36,088 nt of DNA. Origin: Chiloscyllium plagiosum. Its lineage: Eukaryota. Position numbers and translations under genes: made by a program. Positions 10,696 to 21,845 of the stretch are shown one piece after another; within the stretch, counting starts at the first letter, position 1, and each line of letters opens with the position of its first letter. Under the pieces are notes generated by a model, which saw only the letters and a program-made list of their open reading frames with translations, was not told the DNA's origin and searched no databases. The DNA is taken from assembly GCF_004010195.1 (NCBI RefSeq), contig NW_025214962.1, positions 1 through 36,088 of the forward strand. Direction: 5' to 3'.

Positions 10696-10914
10696 AGGCT
10701 ATCCAACTGAGCTAGTTACACCTGAGTACCTCTCTTAAATTAACTTTCAGTGCTGAACTGAGGGAATTTTGCATTATTAGAAACTCAGATAAGATATGAA
10801 ACCAAAGTCTCACTGCCTAGTCACAAGATGTATGCAATATTCCAAATCGAGCAAGGAGCATTCTTTATGTCCTGGCCAACTTTCTTCCACCAACCACCAA
10901 ACTAAAAGTAGATT

Positions 10915-11135
10915 TAGTTCAAAATCGCACAACACCAGATTGTAGTCTAACAGGTTTATTTGTAAGTACAAGCTTTTGGAGCGCTGCTCCTTCATCGGGT
11001 ATCTAGTGGGACAGGATCATAGGACACATGAAGGATTAGGGTTGTACTTCCAAATAAGCCTGTTGGACTATAATCTGGTGTTGTGTGATTTTCAACTTTG
11101 CCCACCCCAGTCCAATACGGGCATTTCCACATCTT
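10915..11135. mobile_element. Penelope-like pseudo-LTR inverted pair
   Basis: 10921-10970 is the approximate reverse complement of 11043-11093. Degenerate hammerhead on the minus strand (CCGATGA..CAAAA). Same family as 1008-1490. Confidence 0.75.
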
Positions 11136-12590
11136 AACAATAGATTAATTGGTCAATCACCACATTTGGTGTTCTGTGTTTGTACTGTGTACAATTTGGC
11201 TGACTCATTTGGTTCCGCCCCTGAGGTTTCATATTAATGTAACTGTGTGCACATCAATGTATGACATTCACATTACATTGATGACATTACAGTTTATGTG
11301 GCGTCTCTCTACCTCCAAAATAATTCATTAATTAAAGAACACTGAGATGTTGAAATTACGGGATAAAATGCTAAAGAATTTTCCTAACAATGACAATGCT
11401 TGTGTTGTGGTGAGCTGTGTACAGTAATGAAAACTTCAGCCTGAGAAGAATGTACGGGTGGCTGCAGATGTCAGAGGACTGTACTTCTGGAGGACCTACA
11501 TCAGTGGCAATATTTTTAAAAACTAATTCTGAAGATATGGACATTGTTCACACATTTATTGTCCATCTCAGGATGTCATTGATCAGCGATGGTGAACACC
11601 CCCCTGAGTCGCTATGGTCAGTTGGTGAATATATACCCACAATGATGTTAAATGGAGAGTTCAAGGAATTAACTGGAAATTTCCTCTGGAATCATCTAGT
11701 AATGATAGCAGCTGACCTCCAGACATATACTTTGCTTATTGATGGAATGATGGAATAATACCTTTCCTCATTTCTGGGCGAGTTTTCCAAGATCAAAATC
11801 CAGAGGACTTTGTAAGCACTTGACATCTTTAGGAGTGAGGGGTGACAACTATCCAGTATCGTCCTGCATGCCCCAGAACTAAAGACCAGTTTCTTGGATA
11901 CCACTGCAACCCACCTTGGAGAAAAGTTATTCAAATGTTAAAAAATAATTGCCTTTGCAATTTTCTTTGAATATGTTTAGTTTCCGGGTTATAAATGTCT
12001 TGGAGGTGAAGGTAAAGCTGGTTGAATGAAATGCAGTGTTATGTGGTGAAAACTGAGGAATACATTCCACCGGAATTGGAAGCCTGAGTGAGAATTTTTT
12101 AAAAAGTAGAATGCAGAATGCTGTACATACAGAAGCGATAAATAAGCAACCAAAAATGACCGTTTATTCTGATTTGATATGCCCAAGGACACCTCTTTAA
12201 GCTGCCAATTTTTCAAGGAATTGCCATCTGTTTTGTGCTCAAAAACTTGTGTGACATTGCTTTGTTAAGTAGGACAAGGTGACATCAGCACAAAATCCCC
12301 AGGAGTTACTCGGTCAGTTTTGCAAAGCTGCAGTGACAGGAATTAGGCTCCAGCAGTCACTTAGCAACGGGGGTGCTGAGTTGCAGTTATAGATTGTGAA
12401 CTCTATGGGTCACATAGGGACAATTTTGATGAGCTGCAGTAACAACGTCTCAGCCAATGCTGAGTTAGAGTGACAGAGTGCAGGGATCAGGCACAGGAGG
12501 AGAGCTCCTGTGGTATAGGTACTTAACCTTAGGGGTCACTCATGGAGGAGAACTGAAATGTCATGAAAGGGTTTGGTGGTTGAGGGACAA

Positions 12591-12888
12591 GCTGCAGTAA
12601 GAGGGTCTCAACCCCAGGGGTCGCTCAGGGCCAGCAGTGTTGACCTGCAGTAAGAGGAGAAAGTGAGGGCTGCAGATGCTGCAGTAAGAGGGTCTCAACC
12701 CCAGGGGTCGCTCATGGACAGTGGTGTTGAGCTGCAGTAAGAGGGTCTCAACCCCAGGGGTCGCTCAGGGACAGCGGTGTTGAGCTGCAGTAAGAGGGTC
12801 TCAACCCCAGGGGTCGCTCAGGGATAGCGGTGTTGAGCTGCAGTAAGAGGGTCTCAACCCCAGGGGTCGCTCAGGGATAGCGGTGTTG
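12591..12888. repeat. 53-bp minisatellite, about 5 copies, with degenerate units upstream (~12430-12590)
   Basis: Unit GCTGCAGTAAGAGGGTCTCAACCCCAGGGGTCGCTCAGGGAYAGCGGTGTTGA starting at 12591, 12678, 12731, 12784 and 12837. Confidence 0.95.
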
Positions 12889-12889
12889 C

Positions 12890-13450
12890 TGTTATTATCG
12901 TGGAAGCCGCGAGGCTCCACCTGCGTAGTAAGAAAGACAGAGAACAACAATAAAGGGTTGCAAGTTCTCACAAATTGATTGTTCAGTGTAGCTTTGGAAA
13001 AGAGAAACAACATAAAGGGAATAGTTTCAATCAAAGGTAAGCTTTAGGTTGATTTTCGTTTTTTTTGTAATTTTTCAGAAAGTTTGAAGCTGAATAGCTC
13101 ACGCGAAGTTGCAATTTCCCAAGTGCGATATCGCATTAGTTTTCATAACAGGTTTGTTGGCCTTGCCATATGTATAACTGCTGGGTTATTTACGAGCTTC
13201 CACGATCTTGCTTTATGAATCTCTGCGTGAGGGAGGGCAGTGGCACAGAGAGACTGATTTCGCTGACAATTTCAGAAAAAAAAGTATCTTGAACAGTTAG
13301 AGGTGAGGAAAGTGGTAGCCACAGGTGAGTCCGGACTGGTTTGGTGTTTGTGGACATTTGTGATTTTGTGTACCCTGCTGGTCCTGTGGGAGGATGCTCT
13401 TCTCGTCGCAGGGAGCCCAGGACACGAGGCTACATGATGTTTTTCGTCTG
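12890..13450 (+). promoter_or_regulatory. CpG-retaining putative promoter / non-coding first exon(s) of a plus-strand transcript
   Basis: Unique sequence with local CpG enrichment; consensus donors AAG|GTAAGC (13038) and CAG|GTGAGT (13325). Confidence 0.45.
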
Positions 13451-13878
13451 TAGAATGTGTGACAGCACAATGTCAAGAGCTTAATATTAAATTGTTTACT
13501 TCGCTTTGAGTTTGTTTATTTGAAACAGATTCTAAATCAAAAAGTCCTACTCCCTTCTAATAGTGCTGATCAGCATTGTTTTATTTTGGCGAACTTCAAC
13601 GTCAAAATTAAATTGTTCAGGAAACATCAAGCGAAAATGACACCTTTGTTTGAACTTTTGTTTTCTGCCCTTTGTTTAATCTGCAGGAAAATATTGCCCT
13701 GTGTAGGTTTAACCATGAGTGGCAAACATCACTTCTCTAAAGGTTAAACTATGCCTTAGACTATTAATAAGATTGAAATTAATTAAGGTTGCAGATTGTG
13801 TTTCAACTGAAAATACTTCATCTAATCAATAATCATGAAGCATGAACTAAAAGAATTGCACGTTCTCCACTTTTACAG

Positions 13879-14085
13879 GTCCAGCAAAAATATGTTAGTG
13901 GTGTTTATACAAGGGGTAAAATTAACAAATTCCTCATGGAGAATTGATATTCATCTCAGGATGCTAAGCCTGGTGACAATACCTTAAATATAATTCTGAT
14001 GATCATCTTGAATACTGGGATGGTGTCACTGATTGGAAATGACACTTCTACAAAAACATTTCTCAGGCTGCTGCCAGGGTTTAAG
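13879..14085 (+). other. Candidate internal exon (5'UTR or lncRNA)
   Basis: Acceptor ttctccacttttacag| and donor AAG|GTAAAT; stop codons in all three frames of the 5' part. Another strong acceptor tttttctctcccccaag| ends at 14500. Confidence 0.35.
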
Positions 14086-14275
14086 GTAAATTAATCCTGT
14101 GCCAAAGGAGAGATTGTGAGGTGTGCAGATAGGTACAGTTGTTTAAAGATTTAAAAGAGGGAGAGGGAGGTAGCAGAACATCAGGTGCGGTATTCCAAAA
14201 ATCTGGAATGACCTCTGGGTGGTTCGGTGGATGGAGGGCGGGTATTAGAAGCTAGTAGGGGGAAGCAATAATTTG

Positions 14276-14409
14276 GAGAAAGTGAGGTCTGCTGATGCTG
14301 GAGATCAGAGTTGAGAGTGTGTTGCTGGAAAAGCACAACAGGTCAGGCAGCATCTGAGGAGCAGGAGAAGGACTCCGGCATGAAACGCTGATTCTCTTGC
14401 TCCTTGCGT
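14276..14409. mobile_element. Penelope-like pseudo-LTR fragment with a short inversion and TSD
   Basis: Antisense copy of the 16041-16130 sequence; TSD GCAATAATTTG at 14265-14275 and 14410-14420. Confidence 0.75.
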
Positions 14410-15244
14410 GCAATAATTTGGTGGTATTTCTTGTTTTAAATGATAAAATATTCTGCAAATGAATTTCCACACTGGCTCCCTTGTTTTTCTCTCCCCCAAG
14501 GTTTCTGTTACTCAGCCCAATTTATGGTAGAGGATTGAGAAATCGCTGTGGAAATTTGATTTTTTTTAAAAGATGGACTATAATGCAGAAGAATGTGTTT
14601 TGGTTTGTGATAAGTCTGAGCTTGTGTGTGGAACTATTTAAGAAAGTAATGACAACAAATATCTGGAGTAATTTGGAGATAAGGGGTGCATCTTAGTGTT
14701 ATTCAGTTGGTACTTGAGATTTGTGCTGGCCTGGCGAGGCCACATTATTGCCAACTCTAATTGCCTTGAGAATTCACCAATGGCCAATGTTAAAAGTGGC
14801 GACATTGTGATGGTATTGTGCTGTTATGTTTTTGTGGAAGAAGCAACTAAATGGATTTCTCTGATAGCACCTCCTTGAGGATTGTATCCCAGTAAAAACG
14901 AGAAACATAGTTTTTATTGATCAAACCAGCATTGATTTGCTTCCTAGTACTGTTTCAGTGAGAGGGGTTGTTTGACTGATAAGAAAAATGTGGAGAATAA
15001 AAAGGCATTTATTTATGCATCACCAAAACAGTTTGCATAAATATTCGATTATAAAACTATTTTGTTGCAAACAGTTTATATTTGGGGAAATTTCTCAACC
15101 ATTTTAATAGTGCCAATAAACTCTGTCTCAGATGTACTGCATATTTTAAGTGAAAAGTATACATTTCTTTCATATATAAATTTGGTTCTGTAATCTTTTA
15201 ATGTATATTGTAGTACTACAGTTTCTACAGTACTACATTGTCAG

Positions 15245-15765
15245 AGAGACTTGATAGCACTGGAGAGGGTACAGAGGAGATTTACCAGGACTTTGGGCAA
15301 GTTACAAAGGGACATTGGGCAAACTGGGGTTAAGAAGACTGATTGGGATCATGATTGAGATGTATAAAATTATGAGGGGCACAGACAAGATAGACAGGAA
15401 GAAAAGTCTCCCCTTGGTCGAGGGATCAGAGAGCATACATTTAAGGTAAGGGATAAGAGGTTTACAGAGGGTATGAGGTGGTGTTTTTTCACCTAGAGTT
15501 TGGTGGGAGTCTAGAACTCAATGCCTCTAAGAGTAGAAGAGATAGAAAGCCTCATAGCATTTAAGAAATATTTAAATGTGCACTTGCAGTGCTGAGGCAC
15601 ACAGGGCTATGGGCCAAGTACTGGAATGGGATGAGAATAATTAGGTAATAAATTAATTAGTTAATACATAATTAGGTAAACAATTAAATAATTGTTTTTG
15701 ACTGGTGCAGACTCAGTGTGCTGAAGAACATTTTTCTATGCTGTGGACCTCTAACTTTATGACAA
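15245..15765 (+). mobile_element. Old CR1 3' fragment
   Basis: IALERVQRRFTR, IEMYKIMRG, and a CR1-type 3' tail. Confidence 0.75.
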
Positions 15766-15896
15766 TGGAATGGATTGGAGTCAGACCAACCTCCGGAGAC
15801 TATTAAATATGGTGGGCTGGACCCAGATGTAGAAGTCTTGCTCACATTGGGAGGCATTGGTCTCTTGGTACTATTGCTGGATTATTAATCCAGATA

Positions 15897-16130
15897 GGAA
15901 GAGCTTCTGCTAAATCATCGATCACGTCTGGGGGGAAATTGCGGTCTTTGAAGAAGGAAGCCATCTGGGTTGTACGGTATTGGAACTGGTCCTCCTGGGA
16001 GCAGATGCGGCGGAGACGAAGGAATTGGGAAAATGAGATCCTGAAGAAGGGCTCATGCCCGAAACGTCGATTCTCCTGCGCCTTGGATGCTGCCTGACCT
16101 GCTGCGCTTTTCCAGCAACACATTTTCGGC
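15897..16130. mobile_element. Penelope-like element fragment: inverted ORF piece plus pseudo-LTR, with a 14-bp TSD
   Basis: Minus strand FSQFLRLRRICSQEDQFQYRTTQMASFFKDRNFP (PLE RT C-terminal motif); TSD TATTAATCCAGATA at 15883-15896 and 16131-16144. Confidence 0.88.
16041..16075 (+). ncRNA. Minimal hammerhead ribozyme motif in a PLE pseudo-LTR
   Basis: CTGAAGA-A-GGGC tcat GCCC-GAAAC-GTC: intact cores, perfect 4-bp stem II, GUC cleavage triplet. Confidence 0.75.
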
Positions 16131-18259
16131 TATTAATCCAGATACCCAGGTAATGTTCTGGGGTTTGAAGCCTGCTATGGCAGGTGGTGGAATTTGAATT
16201 CAATAAAAATCCAGAATTAAGGGTCTAATGATAACCACAAAACCATTGCCGATTGTCAGAAAAACCCATCTGGTTCACTAATGTCTTTTTAGGGAAGGAA
16301 GCTGCCATCCTTACCTGGTCTGGCCTTACATGTGACTGCAGACCCAGAGCAATGTAGTTGACACTTAACTGCCTTCTGGGTAATTAGGGATAAGTGCTGG
16401 CATAGCCAGTGACCCCCAGATTCCTTGAATGAAAAAAAAATACAATTTCCAACAGATCCCATTTTTGCTGTTATGGAGAAAGAAATAAGGCAACGATCAC
16501 TTGGAGGGAAACCATTACTCAGTGGGGTTATTTGCTGAGTTCAAAGATTTCTGCTGTTTTAAGGACACTAACCCGAAGTATTGAAGTCGTGAATTAATGG
16601 ATTAACCATAAGCTTGTGAGAGATAAGGCTTGTTAGACTGTCATGATCTGAAGGCTTTTAAATCCCCCTGATCTTTAAACACAGAGAGACAAAAACAGGC
16701 TTAAGCTATCTGTCAGAGATAAAACCATCATCTGCGGACCTGCTTTGATTGTCATCTGGTGTATGTTATATATAAAAAAAAACAAGATCACCTGTTCTAC
16801 AGTTTCAGTAGAGGTCTTTGTCCATATTTTTCAAAAGCTGTTATTATGGTTATACTCATTGTGAATGCTTGACTGAGCTTCCAAAGCTATAAAAACACTT
16901 AGCTTAACAGGGGGTTCTGAGCCTTTGGGTCAATCGACATTTAAAGAGGCTATTATCTGACTATCTGTCTTTGTGGTTACTGAATAGAAGCTTGTTTTTA
17001 ATAACTGATTAAGATTTTAAAAGCTTTAATAATTTTGTTTTTAATACCTTGAGGGTATTAACATATTTTGAACTAGTATTTTGACTATCAAGTGTGCATG
17101 ACTGAGATCTGTATTAGATTGTTAGAAATGTAATAATTTTCATCTCCACATGGCTTGCTTGGGTTTGACTGAGTGAGTGGCTAGTTGGCATGGAGAGAGG
17201 TGGAAGGCAAGAGTTATCATGGAGGAACCAAGTGAGTCTGAGGGGCTATGGTGATGGATAGGGGCATGTGTTTGTGAGGCAGATAGAGGCATGAGGGCCA
17301 GAAAAGTGAACAGTTTCCAAAATAACTTGATGTCCAGAGAGTGAGGTCAGCCTTCTTCTTGAAGGTGCAGGACTTAATGCTAGTAATCTAGTAATATTAC
17401 TATTACTTCTAGTCATGCTGACTCTGGAACCATTTTAACAAAAGGGGCCAGAGCCTGATCCTAGTACATATGCCTCCGTTCCCAGTATGGGAAATTTTGA
17501 CTGGTACAATGTAAGGGTCTGAGTAATGACCTATATTTTACACACCCAGCCTGGCTGGCAAACATTTTGGGAGTAGGCATCGCCTAGCTGATGGCAATTT
17601 TCATGAGGTAGGTTCATTCAGGACATGTGGTTCATGGCTGTTCAGAGTATTTGGGAACTTGTTGAAAGGTTTTTTCAAAAGGTCCTAACCACGATCCTTC
17701 TATATTATCCAACACCCCAGATGGGAATTGCATTTGTAGAAACAGATTTCTACACAGCTAGTTCTCTACCTGGAGTTATTATGCATGCTTGGCTGTGATA
17801 CCAAACTCTCAAATGCACCAGCTTAGAGTAGATTCTCTTTGGACAAACTGAAGTTCTAATTTTACTTGATTGACAACTTTAAGAGGTTTGAATTTTTTTT
17901 GGCCAAAATTAATAGGTTTGAAAATGTGAAAGATTCTGTCACTGATATTCTAATGGACATCTCTCAAGGATCCTTTTTTATGGTTGGAGGAACAGTAGGG
18001 TTTTTTTTTCAAAGCAGATTTGTGAATGGGTGTTTATCTTCAACATTCTGATTGCTTTTGCACAGAACCAGTGAACCATATAATATCAATACTGGATAAA
18101 GTGGCATGGGGACATGGGGCCATTGAGAGGGGCTGGGTTCAGGCTTGACCACTTGGTGCTTTTAATACAAAATGTTCCAGAGAACCAAGATGGGTTTTCT
18201 AACCAACTTGCCTCTGCTCTACTCTGCTGTTGTGGCCACCTATCATCTGCTTTCACAGT

Positions 18260-21030
18260 TATAGAGTCATAGAGATGTACAGCACGGAAACAGACCCTTT
18301 GGTCCAACTCATCCATGCCAACCAGATATCCCAACCCAATCTAGTCCAACCTGCCAGCACCTGGCCCATATCCCTCCAAACTCTTCCTATTGATATACCC
18401 ATCCAGATATCTTTTAAATGTGCGATTGTACTAGCCTCCACCACTTCCTCTGGCAGTCCATTCCACACACGCACCACCCTCTGCCTGAAAAAGTTGCCCC
18501 TTAGGTCTCTTTTATATCTTTCCCCTCTCACTCTGAACCTAAGCCCTCTAGTTCTGGACTCCCCCACTGCAAGGAAAATACCTTGTTGATTTAACCTATC
18601 CATGCCCCTCATGACTTTATAAACCTCTATAAGGCCACCCCTCAGCCTCCAATGGTACAGGGAAAACAGCCCTTGCCTATTCAACCTCTCCCTATAGCTC
18701 AAATCCTCCAACCCAAGTTTGTGAGACATGATTTCCCATGCACAAAGCCACGCTGACGATCCCTAATCAGTCCTTGCCTTTCCAAATATATGTACATCCT
18801 GTCCCTCAGGATTCCCTCCAACAATTTGCCCACCACAAACGTCAGGCTCACTGGTCTATAGTTCCCTGGCTTGTCCTTTGCACCCTTCTTAAACAGTGGC
18901 ACCACGTTAGCCAACCTCCAGTCTTCCAGCACCTCACCTGTGACTATCCATGATACAAATATCTCAGCGAGGAACCCAGCAATCACTTCTCTAGCTTCCC
19001 ACAGAGTTCTAGGGTACACCTGATCAGGTGCTGGGGATTTTTCCACTTCTCCCGTTTCAAGACATCCAGCACTTCCTCCTCTGTAATATGGACATTTTTC
19101 AAGTGTCACCATCTATCTCCCTACATTCTATATCTTCCATGTCCTTTTCCACATTAAATACTGATGCAAAATACTCATTTAGTATCTTCCCCGTCTCCTG
19201 TGGCTCCACACAAAGACCGCCTTGCTGATCTTTGAGTGGCCCTATTCTCTCCCTAGTTACCCTTTTGTCCTTAATGTATTTGTAAAAACCCTTTGGATTC
19301 TCCTTTAATTCTATTTGCCAAAGCTATTTCATGTCCTCTTTTTGTCCTGCAGTATACTCCTACTTCCTTTACACTCTTCTAAGGATTCACTTGATCTATC
19401 CTGTCTATACTTGACATATGCTTCCTTCTTTTTCTTAACCAAACCCTCAATTTCTTTAGTCATCCAGCATTCTCTATACTTACCAGCATTTCCTTTCACC
19501 CTAACAGGAATATACAGTCTCTGGACTCTTGTTATCTTGTTTCTGAAGGCTTCCTATTTTCCAGCCATCCCTTTACCTGCGAACATCTGCCCCCAATCAG
19601 CTTTAGAAAGTTCTTGCCTAATACCGTTAAAATTGGCCTTTCTCCAATTTCAAACTTCAACTTTTAGATCTGGTCTATCTTTTTCCATCACTATTTTGGC
19701 TGACACCAAAGTGGTCCCCCAACTGACACCTCAGTCACCTTATTTCCCAAGAGTAGGTCAAGTTTTACACCTTCTCTAGTAGGTACATCCACATACTGAA
19801 TCAGAAAATTTTCTCATGCACTCTTAACACATCTCTCTCCATCTAAACCCTTAACCCTGTGGCAGTCCTGGTCTATGTTTGGAAAGTTAAACTCCCAACT
19901 CATAACCACTCTATTATTCTTACAGATAACAGATCTCCTTACCAATTTGTTTCTCAATTTCCCTCTGAGTATTAGGGGGTCTATAATACAATCCCAATAA
20001 AGTGAACATCCCTTTCTTATTTCTCAGTTCCACCCAAATAATGTCCCTGGATGTATTTCCAGGAATATCCTCCCTCAGTACAGCTGTAATGCTATCCCTT
20101 ATCAAAAACATCACTCCCCTCCTCTCTTGCCTCGCTTTCTGTCCTTCCTGTAGCATTTGTATCTGGAACATTAAGCTGCCAGTCCTGTCCATCCCTGAGT
20201 CATGTTTCTGTAATTGCTATGATATCCTGGTCCCATGTTCCTAACCATGCCCTGAGTTCATTTACCTTCCCTCTCAGGCCCCTTGCATTGAAATGAATGC
20301 AGTTTAATTTATCAGTCCTACCTTGTTCTCTGCTCCATCCCTGCCTGCCCTGACTGTTTGACTCGCTTCTTTTCTCAATTGTACCAGTCTCAGATTGATC
20401 ACTTTCCTCACTATCTCCCTGGGTTCCCCCCTACACCTTACTAGTTTAACTCTTCCCAAGCAGCTCTAGCAAATCTCCCTGCCAGTATATTAGTCCCCTT
20501 CCAATTTAGGTGCAATCTGTCCATTGTACAGGTCACTTGCACCCCAGAAGAGATTCCAGTGATCCAAAAATGTGAATTCTTCTCCCATACACCAGCTCCT
20601 CAGCCATGCATTCATCTGCTCTATCCTCTCATTCCTACCCTCAGTAGCTCATAGCACCGGGAGTAATCCAGGTATGACTACTCTCAAGGACCTCCTTTTT
20701 AAATTGCTGCCTAACTCTCTGTAATCTCTCTTCAGAATCTCAACCTTTTCCCTTCCTATGTCATTGGTTCCAATGTGTACAATGACCTCTTGCTGGCCCC
20801 TCTCCCCCTTGTGAACATTCTGCACCCTCTCTGAGACATCCTTGATCCTGGCACCAGGGAAGCAACACACGATTCTCATTTTTAACTGTTAGACAGACGT
20901 TTCTGTGGCTGTACCTCAGACTAGAGGGTCCCCTAACACAATCGATTTCTTGGAAGCTAACATATCCCTCATTGCATTAGAGCTAAGTCTCAATACCAGA
21001 AACGTGGCTGGTCGTGCTACATTCCCCTGA
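18260..21030 (-). mobile_element. Long CR1/HER1-type LINE (ORF1 esterase part, endonuclease, 3' end) with internal deletions
   Basis: ORF1 SGNH-esterase-like CFPGARIKDV..VHIGTNDIG; endonuclease IWVELRNKKG..LYYRPPN; RT N-terminus GKSCLTNL joined directly to GLEDLSYRERL at ~18712; tail at 18260. Confidence 0.93.
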
Positions 21031-21649
21031 GTTGGCGGGCCCTACTGCCTTCCACCCCTACCTTTCCAGAGCAAATATTGTGTATGTATGTATGGAATCC
21101 ATGTCTGCTGTGGGGTCAGGAAACTTCTTGACTCAAGCTACCTGCCTTGGAGTCAAATTGTCGCCCTTTGTTTTATTACTTTGAAGGTACCCTGTCACAG
21201 TGATGTGCTTCGCACCCAACACAGTAGCTTTACCTATAATTACAGAACAGTGTACTGTTTTCCAACTATCTCCACTAGGTGAAATAATACCTAAATATAA
21301 CTGTCAATTAGAACCGAATAGGAGGGACATTGTGATATGCATTTGGGTTTATCTGACTTCCCCACCCCTCCAACTCCATAGAAACCAAGTGACATTTATC
21401 ATATTGAACTGAGAGTTTGATTTTTCAATTAATAACAAAATAAGACTTTTGTTCTTGCATTTTTTGTTTAGATATCGAATTAGCTGAAATTAGTTATTTT
21501 TCTCTTCTGTCAAAATTACAAACCATGTGTGAGGTGTGTGATTGGAGTTTCTTCCATTCCTTTGCATGCAAAGGACTTTTCTTTCCTTGCTATACATTCT
21601 TCTCTGTACTTTAACAGAGCAATTCCACTGCCTAGGCAACATTTAGGAG

Positions 21650-21845
21650 AGGCAGTGGAGGAGTGAAATCTATTGCCTCTTATCTGGTCTAGCCTACATA
21701 TGACTCAAGACCCATAGCACTTTGGTTGACTCTTAACTGCATCCTGAAATGGTCCTAGCATGTACTTAGACCAAAGGGAAACTAGGAATGGGCAATAAGT
21801 GCCCACCGAATGAGCATCACCCCATTTATTAATTAACAAAAAATA
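21650..21845 (+). mobile_element. Diverged SINE fragment, same family as 15850-16440
   Basis: tggtctagcctacatatgactcaagaccca..ggttgactcttaactgc. Confidence 0.6.

Larger units (their letters stand above)
15850..16440 (+). mobile_element. tRNA-derived SINE (non-HE1 family) interrupted by a PLE insertion
   Basis: Degenerate A/B boxes; core related to 21650-21845; tail (gctgggcatagccagtgac..gaatgaaaaaa) resembles the LINE tails at 23170 and 34040. Confidence 0.7.

Noticed and set aside
12591..12888. CRISPR-like array
   Set aside because: Units are contiguous with no unique spacers, there are no cas genes, and the context is vertebrate; it is a minisatellite.
13038..13078. 41-nt intron between the GTAAGC donor and the TTTCAG acceptor
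   Set aside because: Too short for a normal vertebrate intron; if real, the two sites are used in different isoforms.
19315..19779. 154-aa plus-strand ORF
   Set aside because: Antisense shadow of CR1 ORF2.
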